DNA from: a virus
Lineage: Duplodnaviria > Caudoviricetes
IMG/VR virus record: IMGVR_UViG_3300021400_000063
DNA: 64,000 nt
Reading direction: 5' to 3' (one strand)
Shown: positions 46,216 through 56,757 of the stretch, piece by piece
How positions within the stretch are numbered: the stretch's first letter is position 1
Layout: every line of letters begins with the position of its first letter
Notes under the pieces: model-generated
Seen by the model: only the letters and a program-made list of their open reading frames with translations
Database searches by the model: none
Told to the model about the DNA's origin: nothing
Position numbers and translations under genes: made by a program

Positions 46216-48567
46216 ATGAATAATAAATATTTTGGATTTAACGATGATGATTTGATTTTCTTATTCGGTAAAAATAAAAATAAAGCTATGAAAAGTTTAG
46301 AAGCTTTATCCAAAACACATCCTGAATATACCGATTACGAAGCTCTTGATCATTTATCAAAAGGTCATGGTAGAGAAGCTTATGTAAAACTTTCAAATCA
46401 TCGTATCAAATCAGTCGAATATATGAATGCTTTTGAAATTATAGATAATAAGAAAACATTCGATCTTTCTACAACTGATGGTAAAGCTAGACATATCGAT
46501 AGAAATAAAAATCAATATGGAAAAGCTCCTAAAGATTTAAAAACAATGAATGAATTTGTTAAACGTGGATACTTCATTAATGAAGGTTACAGTCCATGTC
46601 ACAATTTAAAAGAAGACACAGAACCAAATCGTAAAGCTGCTGTAAGCAGAATGCTTTATTTAATAAGTCATAAACTTATGCATGATAAAAAAGAAGCTGG
46701 AATAGGAAATATCTCATTCCGTGGAACTCCAGGTTCTTCATTCGAAGGTTGTCAATTTATCTATAATGAAAACAGTGGAAAACTTGTTACTGATTCTATA
46801 AATCGTGGTACATGGGATTATGGTAAATTTGGAACACCTTCACATTATATGTTTGATATAGTTCCTTGGTTATCTATTGGTAATGGTTCTAATAATGAAA
46901 CTCCTGAAATGTTTATCATGAGTAATAAAGATGAACAGATGTATCTTAAAACTACTTGTACTAAAATTAAAGAATGTATTGCTAATGATTTAGGAACAGC
47001 TACAGCTAAAGCTATCAAACAAGGTATGTCTTCAGAAGCAATAGCTATAAATCCTGAATTTATTTTAAAAGAACGTAAACAAGCATATCTTAAATCTGTA
47101 GAAGAAGTTTGTTCTAACTTTGTTGAAAGATGCGATGAAATGCCTTTAAGTTTCTTAGATTCTGATTGGAATAATTATATTTCATTCTGTACATCTGTTG
47201 ATGATAAATCTCTTATTGCTGGATTAGAAATGTTTATAAATAGCATGGATAGCGATCCAGCATATCTTAAAGAACTTATCACAGATTCAAATAAATCTAA
47301 ATATAAAGAGTTCTTATTAAAGTCATCATTCATTTGTTTAAAAGATGGAACTTTAAAAGCTGGAGCAGTTGTTAAAAACGATATGCCTATAACTCTTAAA
47401 GTAAATCTTAATAAAGGATTTGTTGAGAGATTACAAAATTGTGCAAATCAAGACGTTGCTATTAAAGAATTCCATAAGATTCGTGATGAACTTATAATTC
47501 CTATTATTTCTGAAAGACTTGGTAAAATAAGCTTCAAATGTAGAGTATTGGATGACGTTACTGATACTAAAGATAGTTTTGAATCATTTATATTGACTGT
47601 AAGTCAGTTAAGAACTATTTCTAAAGAAGAAGAGATCCTTATAACAAACGCTCAGAATAAAATCAAACCAGAAGAAGAATTTGCTAAAGAAGATTTAAAC
47701 ACTTATTATGAACCTGAATATTCTACAGAAGGTGTTATAAGTGGAGTTACAATAGCTGTAGGAATTTCTACTTTAGTTCTTGGAGTAATTGGAGTTATAG
47801 TTTATCTATTTGATAAATTCCTTTGGAGCAAAAATAGAAAAATTATTCAAACTATTTCAGATAATATCAATATTATTGAAGAGCCTATTATAGCAGATTA
47901 TACTAATTATACAGCTCTTTATAATAAAGCTATGAAAGAAGGCTCATTCATCAATAGTCTATACACTATTGATAAATATGGAAAATACCAATTTACAACT
48001 GAAAATAGTGACTTTTCAAAAGATTCTTTCTTATTAGTTGATGAGACAACTTTTGCTCAGGATATTGTAAACAAATTATACTATGCTTTCAAAGAAATGA
48101 AGAATAAAAATCCTAGAGAAATAAAATCTATTTTTGATAATATCCAATACACTTATGTTCTTGCTGAAGGTAAACCATTATTAGAATTACTTAATGAACT
48201 TAATAGAAAATCTGGTAGAGTTTACGATCCTGTTACTGGTAAATATAGAGATGATGTTGATGAACATACAAAAGATTCTCTATTAATCGAAATGGGAGCT
48301 ATAAAATCTAGTTATAAATCTATTAAGAAATTAATAATTTCTGAATGTGGTAAAATGGCAAGAAAAGGTTTTGATGTAAGACCTGTTTTCTTTGTTAATG
48401 GCCATTCATATTTTAATGATGATATTTTTGCATCTAATGAACCTTATAAACTTGAAGATGTTAAGGTAGCTTTCTATTTATGTATGCATACTAGTATTAA
48501 ATATGAAAGCTTTATGAAAATTAAAGAAATTGTTGAAACAGAATTAGCTAAAGATTCTAAAAAATAA
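46216..48567 (+). CDS. Multidomain probable virion (head) protein
   Basis: 783 aa, late-type promoter, several S-x-E sites (SLE, SVE, SSE, SFE, STE), TM segment right after STE. Confidence 0.6.
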   Translation: MNNKYFGFNDDDLIFLFGKNKNKAMKSLEALSKTHPEYTDYEALDHLSKGHGREAYVKLSNHRIKSVEYMNAFEIIDNKKTFDLSTTDGKARHIDRNKNQYGKAPKDLKTMNEFVKRGYFINEGYSPCHNLKEDTEPNRKAAVSRMLYLISHKLMHDKKEAGIGNISFRGTPGSSFEGCQFIYNENSGKLVTDSINRGTWDYGKFGTPSHYMFDIVPWLSIGNGSNNETPEMFIMSNKDEQMYLKTTCTKIKECIANDLGTATAKAIKQGMSSEAIAINPEFILKERKQAYLKSVEEVCSNFVERCDEMPLSFLDSDWNNYISFCTSVDDKSLIAGLEMFINSMDSDPAYLKELITDSNKSKYKEFLLKSSFICLKDGTLKAGAVVKNDMPITLKVNLNKGFVERLQNCANQDVAIKEFHKIRDELIIPIISERLGKISFKCRVLDDVTDTKDSFESFILTVSQLRTISKEEEILITNAQNKIKPEEEFAKEDLNTYYEPEYSTEGVISGVTIAVGISTLVLGVIGVIVYLFDKFLWSKNRKIIQTISDNINIIEEPIIADYTNYTALYNKAMKEGSFINSLYTIDKYGKYQFTTENSDFSKDSFLLVDETTFAQDIVNKLYYAFKEMKNKNPREIKSIFDNIQYTYVLAEGKPLLELLNELNRKSGRVYDPVTGKYRDDVDEHTKDSLLIEMGAIKSSYKSIKKLIISECGKMARKGFDVRPVFFVNGHSYFNDDIFASNEPYKLEDVKVAFYLCMHTSIKYESFMKIKEIVETELAKDSKK

Positions 48568-48662
48568 TTATATTGGATAGGGAGATAATCCCTATCCAAA
48601 TTTTATTTATATATTTTTAAACTGCTAAGTACAAACATTATATATCGCAAAGGAGTTTTAAT

Positions 48663-50801
48663 ATGTTGTCTTTCAAAGTAAATGAATTGGTTACTAGTTT
48701 ATGCAAGAAGGAATTAGTTATTAAACTAAAAGAAATTTTTGATTATTTTACAAACAAGCGAGATTATGATATCTTTTGTGAAATAATTGAGAATTATATC
48801 CTGGATGATTATTCCAGAGCAACAAATGAAACCGTAAAGATAATATGTGAGGATGACGAAGAAGTAGAAATTACATTATTTCAGTTCCTTATAAACTTAT
48901 ACTTTCTCGAATTTAATTTCATGTACAAAATTCCAATTACAAGAGATTGGATGCAGGATATTGATGTTAACTTCTTAAAAGATTATCATAAAAATCTTGA
49001 AAAGATTTGTCAGGAAAAGATCTATCCAATTATTGAAAAGAAGAAAATTAATTCTGAAGAATGTTTTTCATTCATTCTTTCTCATATAACTGAAAGAATG
49101 GAACAGTTGTCTGAATTATTGGCAACCATTTCTTCTCCAACAATTTCAATCATCGATCTTATTGATTTCTGTGGAAGAAATAAAGAATTTGATAATCTTC
49201 TTAATACTACACTTGATGATACTAAATCATCAGCGCAGCTCGAAGCTCAGTTGAAAGAAGATGGACAGAAATTGTTCGATATTATTCTTAAAGATGAAAA
49301 TTCATGTTTGTTCCCATTTGTACAATCAAATTGTTTGTCAGTATTACAGCTTACTCAGATGTTCATTGCTGTAGGTCCACGTATGTCTATTAACAACATC
49401 GTTCTTCCCCATATTATGAAACGTTCATATTTGAATGGATTACAGAATGTTGGTGATCAGATTGCTGAATCAGAACTTGCTGCGAAAGCTCTTATTTATA
49501 AGAAAAAGTTCGTAGGTGTTTCTGGTTACATGTCACGTGAAACAAACTTAGCAGGTCTTAATAATCGTATTGATTATAAGATGAATGATTGTGGAACCAA
49601 ACACTATATTAATTATGAAGTTAAAACTCCAAAACATCTTGAATTAATAATTTCTAAGAATATCATTATGAATAATGGTAAACTTAAGAAAGTTACAAAG
49701 AACGATACTGATTTAATCGGAACAACTGTAAAACTTAGAAGTATTTGTACTTGTGCACATCCAGTTAAAGGACTTGTATGTAAAGCTTGTTACGGTAATC
49801 CACCAGACTTTAAATCTTCTTATAGAATTGGCGGTGCAACATCTACAGAAGTTGAAAACAAATTGTCAAATGCTGTAATGGCTGTAAAACATGCTGCTGG
49901 TACAAAAACTAAAGAATTTGATGATGAAGTTTTACTTTCTATATTCACAAATGATGAAAATAGATTGGTATTGAAACGTCTCGAAGATCCAGAAAATACT
50001 TCTATCATATTCGATAAAGAGTACATTGAAGATATTATCGATCGTGTTAGAAATGATGAATATGACGATTACGATGATTATGATGACGAAGAAGATGACG
50101 ATGATGATGAAGGATCTACACGTGTAGTTTCTAAAATGCTTGTCGATCTTAAAATCGTTACAAAGAAAATTGATGCTAATGGTGAACCTTATGAAGATGA
50201 ATATGTTGTAAAGCTTGATGGTTCATTCTTAACATTGTCTGAAGATATGCTTTCTGGAAATAACTTGAAAGCTATTGATATTCCGATCGATTCAGATGTA
50301 GCAGAATTGAAACTTTCAAATATTAAACCTGGAACACCAGTATTTAATATTAAATATATTACAGCTGAAACATCAAGATATCTTAAGGAACTTAAGAATA
50401 TTATTGAACGTTCTAAACCTAATTGGTATTTTAATGATCTTGATACACCATTGAATGATTTCGCTGATCTTGTAATTGAGGCAGGATTGAAGAATGAAGA
50501 GATGGTATTCTTGGAACCAATTATTTATGCTTTAACAAGAGATCAGAACAATATTCTTAAACATCCTGATTTCAGTAAAGATAATCCTGAATTTGTAGTA
50601 ATGAATTTGAAAACTGCTATATTTAAAGGTGATTTATTAAGTGCATTAGTTTATCAGGAAGTTTCTAAAACAATTAAAGATATTGATTCATTTGAACGTG
50701 ATGGAATAGGTGATGGTATTCATGATTCATCATTTAGAACAACCGTAAAACACGATTTCAATTATATGAAGAAAGCTTTAAAGAAAGCTAAGATTATTTA
50801 A
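48663..50801 (+). CDS. rpoC: RNA polymerase beta' C-terminal subunit (probably non-virion RNAP)
   Basis: Bridge helix VSGYMSRE (cf. SGYLTRR), NDCGT, LRSICTC...VCKACYG Zn site, trigger-loop-like VMAVKH; early motif at 48607-48615. Confidence 0.88.
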   Translation: MLSFKVNELVTSLCKKELVIKLKEIFDYFTNKRDYDIFCEIIENYILDDYSRATNETVKIICEDDEEVEITLFQFLINLYFLEFNFMYKIPITRDWMQDIDVNFLKDYHKNLEKICQEKIYPIIEKKKINSEECFSFILSHITERMEQLSELLATISSPTISIIDLIDFCGRNKEFDNLLNTTLDDTKSSAQLEAQLKEDGQKLFDIILKDENSCLFPFVQSNCLSVLQLTQMFIAVGPRMSINNIVLPHIMKRSYLNGLQNVGDQIAESELAAKALIYKKKFVGVSGYMSRETNLAGLNNRIDYKMNDCGTKHYINYEVKTPKHLELIISKNIIMNNGKLKKVTKNDTDLIGTTVKLRSICTCAHPVKGLVCKACYGNPPDFKSSYRIGGATSTEVENKLSNAVMAVKHAAGTKTKEFDDEVLLSIFTNDENRLVLKRLEDPENTSIIFDKEYIEDIIDRVRNDEYDDYDDYDDEEDDDDDEGSTRVVSKMLVDLKIVTKKIDANGEPYEDEYVVKLDGSFLTLSEDMLSGNNLKAIDIPIDSDVAELKLSNIKPGTPVFNIKYITAETSRYLKELKNIIERSKPNWYFNDLDTPLNDFADLVIEAGLKNEEMVFLEPIIYALTRDQNNILKHPDFSKDNPEFVVMNLKTAIFKGDLLSALVYQEVSKTIKDIDSFERDGIGDGIHDSSFRTTVKHDFNYMKKALKKAKII

Positions 50802-50881
50802 TCTATTAACTCACCAGGAATATTCCTGGTGAGTTATTTTTTTTATTTTACTTATATATTATAATTATGGAGGTAAGTAAA

Positions 50882-51160
50882 ATGGCTACAAACAAATTAT
50901 TTGCATATCTTAATGAAGGATTTGATGATGATTTTGTTACAGATTTGATTGATTATATCAAAAATAAACCTGGAACAAAATCAATAACTAGAGATGCCGT
51001 AAAACAAGATGATATTACATACGATTCAATTAAAATTGAGCGTAACAATCATCTTTCTATGTATGGTGGAACATCTTGTAGATTAGATCCTCCAGAACCA
51101 AATGTTACTGTAAGAGAATACGGTAACTGGTTATGTGATATGGTTGATAATATCATGTAA
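50882..51160 (+). CDS. Small hypothetical protein
   Basis: ATG 50882 after GGAGG; early motif at 50852-50860; flanked by terminators. Confidence 0.8.
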   Translation: MATNKLFAYLNEGFDDDFVTDLIDYIKNKPGTKSITRDAVKQDDITYDSIKIERNNHLSMYGGTSCRLDPPEPNVTVREYGNWLCDMVDNIM

Positions 51161-51253
51161 CTTTAAAAGAAGAGGAAAGCCTCTTCTTTTTTTTGTAAAC
51201 AAAATGTTTATTTTGTATATTATATTTATAAGAAAAAGTTTTAGGAGGAGATT

Positions 51254-51847
51254 ATGCTTAATATTCAACGTTGGCATTTCTTTAAAATGATTTCAGATGG
51301 TGACTTCTTTAAAGAAGGACCATCAGAAATCGATGTTAACTTTGGTGAAGATGCTCAGAAACTTCGAGCATTAGTAGCTGAATTTAATAGTATCCAAAAA
51401 GATTGGTTTCTTAAAATTGATCTTGAGGAAACTGATCTCTCTAAATGGTGGTTTAGATTTAAACCATTAAATAGAGAGTCTTTTATATTCTTCAGGAGGA
51501 AGAAGATAGAAAAGCTTAAGCTGCTCTATAATAATACAAGTTATGCTTGTAGAGCAGCTCATACTCTCTATAGTTTTGAAAATGAAATTGTAGAGAGTGT
51601 AAAGGATCTGGAGACTCTTGCTAGATGCACTACAGCTCCAGTTATTGTAGATGGTGATCCATTAACTACTAATACAAACATTTGTAAGTGGTGTGAAAAT
51701 GTGTCGCCTACTTTCTTGAAACTCTCGGTTCCAAGAAAGTTATCAGTTTTAAGCATTCTTTACGGAAAATATTTGGGAGAAGATCCTCTAGAATTTGAAG
51801 AAAAGAATGCTATTGAGGATTTTATTAAGGGAGGAAAAAATGAATAA
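51254..51847 (+). CDS. Hypothetical protein
   Basis: 197 aa, AGGAGGAG RBS. Confidence 0.8.
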   Translation: MLNIQRWHFFKMISDGDFFKEGPSEIDVNFGEDAQKLRALVAEFNSIQKDWFLKIDLEETDLSKWWFRFKPLNRESFIFFRRKKIEKLKLLYNNTSYACRAAHTLYSFENEIVESVKDLETLARCTTAPVIVDGDPLTTNTNICKWCENVSPTFLKLSVPRKLSVLSILYGKYLGEDPLEFEEKNAIEDFIKGGKNE

Positions 51848-52349
51848 AGAATCTTCTATTAAAATGATGTTGGTAGCTGCTGTAGGATTATTTCTTGCAG
51901 TAGTAATTTTTGGTATTGTAGAGATTAGACAAATCTCTACAATTCGTAAAACAGAAACTGCCTGTGGTGGAGATGGAATCTGGTTAATAGATTCTGCCAC
52001 AGGTAAAACAACATATGTTAATATGACAACGTATGTTGAAAAGCAGGTAGCTGTAAATGAAACAGCTACGACTTCTTATGGAGTTAATTACTCCAAAGAA
52101 GGTCAAATGACTCTCCTTGATGCAGATTGTGATGTAAAGGAGGCATTTGAAATTCTCGACTGTGTTAGAATGCGTGTCAAGATTAAAATTGGTGATATAG
52201 TATATCACCAAGCCTATGCCAAAGGTTCAGATGGTTATACATATCTTGTAGTAACCGATGAAAATGGCAATATCTCTAGAGATGGCGAGGGAAACGCTAC
52301 AATAATCAAGAGATGTGACTTCGCTGATTTATATCTCGGCGAAGAATAA
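51840..52349 (+). CDS. Membrane-anchored hypothetical protein
   Basis: ATG 51840 after GGAGG; N-terminal TM MMLVAAVGLFLAVVIFGIV. Confidence 0.8.
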   Translation: MNKESSIKMMLVAAVGLFLAVVIFGIVEIRQISTIRKTETACGGDGIWLIDSATGKTTYVNMTTYVEKQVAVNETATTSYGVNYSKEGQMTLLDADCDVKEAFEILDCVRMRVKIKIGDIVYHQAYAKGSDGYTYLVVTDENGNISRDGEGNATIIKRCDFADLYLGEE

Positions 52350-52474
52350 ATAAGGGTGGGAGAAATGGAATGGAAGTCATTTCTCCTTTTTTTAATTTGT
52401 TAAATTAATAAGTAAATAATTATATATTATATTTATAATAATTAAGGTAAATAATAGTCCATGGAGGTAAAGTT

Positions 52475-52663
52475 ATGGCTATGAATAAGATTAAGAAGAG
52501 CGACGTAATTAAAGTCGCTGCCGGCGTAGGCATTGGTGTTGCAGGAACACTCGCAACAGAAAAATTGGTAGTACCTGCTATCAAAAAGAAGGTAGCTGCT
52601 AAAAAGGCTGCTAAAGCTACTGTTGATGTTAACATCAACAAAAATGACTCTGATAATAAGTAA
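52475..52663 (+). CDS. Small basic membrane-associated protein
   Basis: 62 aa, GGAGG RBS, VAAGVGIGVAG segment then Lys/Ala-rich tail; early motif at 52420-52428. Confidence 0.75.
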   Translation: MAMNKIKKSDVIKVAAGVGIGVAGTLATEKLVVPAIKKKVAAKKAAKATVDVNINKNDSDNK

Positions 52664-52778
52664 TTATTTTCTGAGTCATTAAAAAATTCACGTTGGAAGG
52701 AGAGCTTTTGCTCTCCTTCCTTTTTTTATTTTTTTAAAAATTATAGAATTATATAATATACATCCGGAGGTTCGAATT

Positions 52779-54347
52779 GTGTTCGAGTCAAAAGTTATTG
52801 TAAAGAAATTTCATAACCGATATGAATTATCACCTTATGAGAAATGTAAATGGGATAAAGAAACTAGAACTAAATCTGGTACAGCTCCTAACTTAGATGA
52901 TTCATTTTGTGTATTTGAAAAGGTTATGTTACCTAAAATAGGTTTACGAACTATTAAGAAAGATAAACTTGAATTATATGATAAAGAAAAGAAAACCTTA
53001 TATCTTCCAATTGGTGTAGGTGATGAATATATTGAAGAGAAATTATATGAAGCCAACGCTCAGTGGGAAATTCACGATTTTACATCACAGATAATTAGAC
53101 CACGTGAAATAGCCTTCAATTTGGACCCAAAATACCAAATAAAGGACAAATATCAGGCTGAAGGTATCGAATTTTTAACTACTAAAAAATTATTTCATTC
53201 TAAAATCTTAGCCCTCGCCACAGGTATTGGTAAAACATTTTGTGCTATTTCAGCGGCATATAGACTTAAAGTTCCTATGTTAATCATTTCGGAAACATTA
53301 GGTGATCAGTGGTGTGAAAAGATTATCGAATATACAAATAAAGATTGCACAATTGAAAACCATATGATCAAAATGATTAAAGGTACAGATAATCTTCACA
53401 AATTGGCTCAAAGAGATTATTCTAAAAATGTAGAAGCGTTTTATATAACAACTTCATCATCTTTAGCAAGATACATAGATGTTTATGGAATGGATGGTTT
53501 AAATAAACTTTGCGATGAATTAAGTATCGGTATTGTTTGTTTTGATGAATTCCATATGCATTGGGTACAAAATGTGAAAATAAATATGGCTATAAATTGT
53601 GAGAATACTTGGTATCTAACAGCAACTCCTACTAGAACGGATAATGGTGAAAGTAGAGTTTTTAGACGTACTATGAATAAAATTCCGATTTATGGTCAAA
53701 AAACTCAAACAATTAGAAATGATATCAATTTAAGATTAATTGATTACAATACATATCCAACTGATTATGAAATACAATCTTGTATGACTTATAAAGGTTT
53801 ATCAGCTATAAACTATTGGAATTATATTTTTAATAATGATAAACGTCGTTTGTATTTACTAGGTATGATTAAAATGGTTATAGATGAATGTCTTGATAAA
53901 GAACCAGATGGAAAGATTTTAATATATTTAGCAAAGAATGAACATATCAAAACTTTCAAAGAAATGCTTGAAAATCTTTATAAAGATTCTGATATAAGTT
54001 TTGGAAATTATACAGGTTTAGTAAATAAAAATAAAAAACGATATGAAATTCGAAATAACATTATTTTTACTACTATTGGTTCTGGAGGCGTAGGTCTGGA
54101 TGTTTCAGATCTAGTAGCAACATTATCATTCGTACCTTATAGTTCTATTATAATCTCTAATCAGATGATTGGACGTTTGAGAGAATCTAAAACCAAAGAA
54201 TTATTTCATTACGATTTCATAGATACCGGTTTTAAAACAATGTATTCTCAAAGAGTTAAACGTATTCATGTATTTAGACAAAAAACAAAATCCGAAGAAG
54301 AAATAAAAATAAGTTATCAGGATGTTATCAATTATATTAGAAAATAA
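52779..54347 (+). CDS. Superfamily 2 DExH helicase (UvsW/ResIII-like)
   Basis: KYQ Q-motif, LATGIGKT (I), FDEFH (II), TAT (III), GVGLDV (V), QMIGRLR (VI). Confidence 0.92.
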   Translation: MFESKVIVKKFHNRYELSPYEKCKWDKETRTKSGTAPNLDDSFCVFEKVMLPKIGLRTIKKDKLELYDKEKKTLYLPIGVGDEYIEEKLYEANAQWEIHDFTSQIIRPREIAFNLDPKYQIKDKYQAEGIEFLTTKKLFHSKILALATGIGKTFCAISAAYRLKVPMLIISETLGDQWCEKIIEYTNKDCTIENHMIKMIKGTDNLHKLAQRDYSKNVEAFYITTSSSLARYIDVYGMDGLNKLCDELSIGIVCFDEFHMHWVQNVKINMAINCENTWYLTATPTRTDNGESRVFRRTMNKIPIYGQKTQTIRNDINLRLIDYNTYPTDYEIQSCMTYKGLSAINYWNYIFNNDKRRLYLLGMIKMVIDECLDKEPDGKILIYLAKNEHIKTFKEMLENLYKDSDISFGNYTGLVNKNKKRYEIRNNIIFTTIGSGGVGLDVSDLVATLSFVPYSSIIISNQMIGRLRESKTKELFHYDFIDTGFKTMYSQRVKRIHVFRQKTKSEEEIKISYQDVINYIRK

Positions 54348-54385
54348 TTTCCTTATATATTCTGATAATGATATGAGGTTGTCAA

Positions 54386-55042
54386 ATGAAAAACAAATTA
54401 AACATTGACAGCTTGTATAGACCAATAGCTAACTTTGGTAGTATTGGTTTAGAACATCGAGTCAATCTGTTCGAACCTTCTAAGGTTTCAGGTGAAAAGA
54501 ATGTTCCGTATAAAAAAGATTTTGTTTCGACAAAATCTAAAGGTGGGATCATTGGATTTAAATCAGTAGCTTTTCGAAATACTAAAGATTCAATAATCTT
54601 AAAAGGTGTTTCATTTAGTAAAGATGATGTTAAACGAATTCCACCATCAGTATATCTAACTTATAGTGATGTTTCTGAAATAAAACGAATATTTGCAACT
54701 GCAAGTTCGTGGTTTACTTCAGATATAAAAAATGATTTATTTCAATATGAGGATAATATTCCTTATAGAGTATCAGAAAAATACAATGAGTTATCGGTAG
54801 TTATGAATTGTAGTAGTGGATATACAGGAAGTTTCCTATCTATCCAACCGTATGTAATAACAGATTCCTTAAATAACATCGGATATCCTGGCGTAATTTT
54901 CAAATGTCAGCAAGGTGTTTTAGGAACATGTAGTCTTACAGAATTCATGTCTCTCGGTTCAATATTGATAAAAAATCTTGAAAACTTGTATGAATTATCT
55001 ATACAATTAATGAATCATTTTATGCTACAAGAGGAGGTATAA
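54386..55042 (+). CDS. Hypothetical protein
   Basis: 218 aa, GAGG RBS, early motif at 54353-54361. Confidence 0.8.
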   Translation: MKNKLNIDSLYRPIANFGSIGLEHRVNLFEPSKVSGEKNVPYKKDFVSTKSKGGIIGFKSVAFRNTKDSIILKGVSFSKDDVKRIPPSVYLTYSDVSEIKRIFATASSWFTSDIKNDLFQYEDNIPYRVSEKYNELSVVMNCSSGYTGSFLSIQPYVITDSLNNIGYPGVIFKCQQGVLGTCSLTEFMSLGSILIKNLENLYELSIQLMNHFMLQEEV

Positions 55043-55046
55043 TGTT

Positions 55047-55628
55047 TTGGAATACATATCTGAAACCAATGAGATAGTTATTCGAAAGGATGATTATCTT
55101 AGACTTGGACCAAATGGTTTCTACAAATACATAGGACAAGTAAAAACAATACATGAGGTACCTAATTCAAACTGTCTTTACAGTATGGATGGTCTTTTGT
55201 ATATAAGAAGAGTCGATCTTGAAAGGTTAAATCGAATGAAAGATATCGAGAAACCTGCAAAAGAAGTAGATGATTCTGATGAATTAGATTTGGAGGTAAA
55301 ACCTGGAGATGATTCCACATTGATTATTATCAAGGAATTGTATAAAGGTTTTACCAAAAATGCTTTTAGGAAATTATTCGATAATGATTCGGATATGAAT
55401 AATATGCGAAGAGCTATCGAAAAATCTCCGAACGGTCAGCTTTCTCTGAATAGATTCAGAGTATTGCTTAATAAGTTGGGTCTCAAATATAAGATTTACG
55501 TATTCGAAGATGATATGCCGTCGGCAAATGCGATACGTCCGTCTAATTTTGATGACAGGTTAGAAAAAATTAATTCTGATGAAAAGGAAAATATATCATC
55601 AGACGAAAGTAACGAGGAGGAAGACTAA
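55047..55628 (+). CDS. Hypothetical protein, possible HTH DNA-binding domain
   Basis: TTG start after GAGGAGG; MNNMRRAIEK...LSLNRFRVLLNKLG resembles an XRE-like HTH end (weak). Confidence 0.6.
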   Translation: MEYISETNEIVIRKDDYLRLGPNGFYKYIGQVKTIHEVPNSNCLYSMDGLLYIRRVDLERLNRMKDIEKPAKEVDDSDELDLEVKPGDDSTLIIIKELYKGFTKNAFRKLFDNDSDMNNMRRAIEKSPNGQLSLNRFRVLLNKLGLKYKIYVFEDDMPSANAIRPSNFDDRLEKINSDEKENISSDESNEEED

Positions 55629-55629
55629 T

Positions 55630-56019
55630 ATGAGTCTCGGTAAGAAAAATTCAAAAGAAGTAAAGAACACACAGCAGCCTGCAGTAACACAGAAAACAGT
55701 TGTAATTCAGCCAGTAGTAGCAAAAGAAGAAAAACCATCTCAGTATGGTGCATGGGGCTACAAGTATGTCAATGGTAAGAAACTTGTTGCAGGACTTATC
55801 AGTGAGATTCCAGCATTCTGTTCAGGTTTCAGTGCAGGTCACGATATCGCAGTATCAATTGATACTTGTCGCAAAAGTGATGTTTCTAAGAAAGACAAGA
55901 CAGCCTGCGTTTTCAAGACAGTTGGTAAAGTTGCTTTGAAAAGCGTAACTGGTGTTGTTGCTGCAAGATGTATCTATGATACAATCAGCAACGTTGTAGA
56001 TCTTTCTGATAAGAAATAA
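55630..56019 (+). CDS. Hypothetical protein
   Basis: ATG 55630 after GAGGAGG; terminator 56051-56090 follows. Confidence 0.8.
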   Translation: MSLGKKNSKEVKNTQQPAVTQKTVVIQPVVAKEEKPSQYGAWGYKYVNGKKLVAGLISEIPAFCSGFSAGHDIAVSIDTCRKSDVSKKDKTACVFKTVGKVALKSVTGVVAARCIYDTISNVVDLSDKK

Positions 56020-56132
56020 TTCTTAACACGAAATCTTTAGTTCCGGAAGTAAAGGTGTGTGGTTGTAAAACCATACATCTTTATTTTTTTCTTCTTTATA
56101 TATTATTTTTATACATCAAGGAGGGCAATAAT

Positions 56133-56297
56133 ATGAAAATAAAACAAACATTTAATCGTATTGTTACCAAACTATTTAATCCGTTAGATCATATTAAAAA
56201 TTACGAATGTGATAAAGATGGATTAGTTCCAAAGTTCAATAATAAAGGAGGAAAAAATGGACAACGGAAAAAAATCAAAAGCTGGAAAAATTATTAA
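56133..56297 (+). CDS. Small hypothetical protein
   Basis: ATG 56133 after AAGGAGG; early motif at 56096-56104. Confidence 0.6.
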   Translation: MKIKQTFNRIVTKLFNPLDHIKNYECDKDGLVPKFNNKGGKNGQRKKIKSWKNY

Positions 56298-56757
56298 AGG
56301 TTGTTTGATCGGGATTGGTGGCTTAACTACAGTTGGCTGTATAGGCTATGTGGTTAAAGAAGTAAAGCGTGAATATGATGAAACTGTAGATGAAAATAAT
56401 CGTTTACGAGATTTCATTAATGACCACGATTTTTATGAAAAAGCACAAACAAATTTCAGATCTTCAGATTATACAGAATCTACAAATGATGAAAAACCTG
56501 AAGATCTGAAATTTGATAGAAACAATCCTATTTATAAACAGTCTCCAGCTACAATGCGTAAATTAGGATTGAATCCAGATGGTACTCAACGACAGAAAAC
56601 TCAATTAGTCAAAGTCGGTGAATACATAAACGAAAATGGCTATGTTATAGAAGTTAAGGAAGATGTACCTACAGGATTAAAAATCTACAATCCTACAAAT
56701 AGAACAGTTTTATCAGAAGATGAAACTAAGGAAGAAATAGCTTATGGAAACAATTGA
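56257..56757 (+). CDS. Membrane-anchored hypothetical protein
   Basis: AGGAGG RBS; N-terminal hydrophobic GCLIGIGGLTTVGCIGYVV. Confidence 0.8.
   Translation: MDNGKKSKAGKIIKGCLIGIGGLTTVGCIGYVVKEVKREYDETVDENNRLRDFINDHDFYEKAQTNFRSSDYTESTNDEKPEDLKFDRNNPIYKQSPATMRKLGLNPDGTQRQKTQLVKVGEYINENGYVIEVKEDVPTGLKIYNPTNRTVLSEDETKEEIAYGNN

Noticed and set aside
52643-52680. Extra hairpin AATGACTC...GAGTCATT spanning the stop of the 62-aa gene as a possible sRNA or toxin-antitoxin element
   Set aside because: Single imperfect stem with no antisense promoter or second copy; insufficient support.
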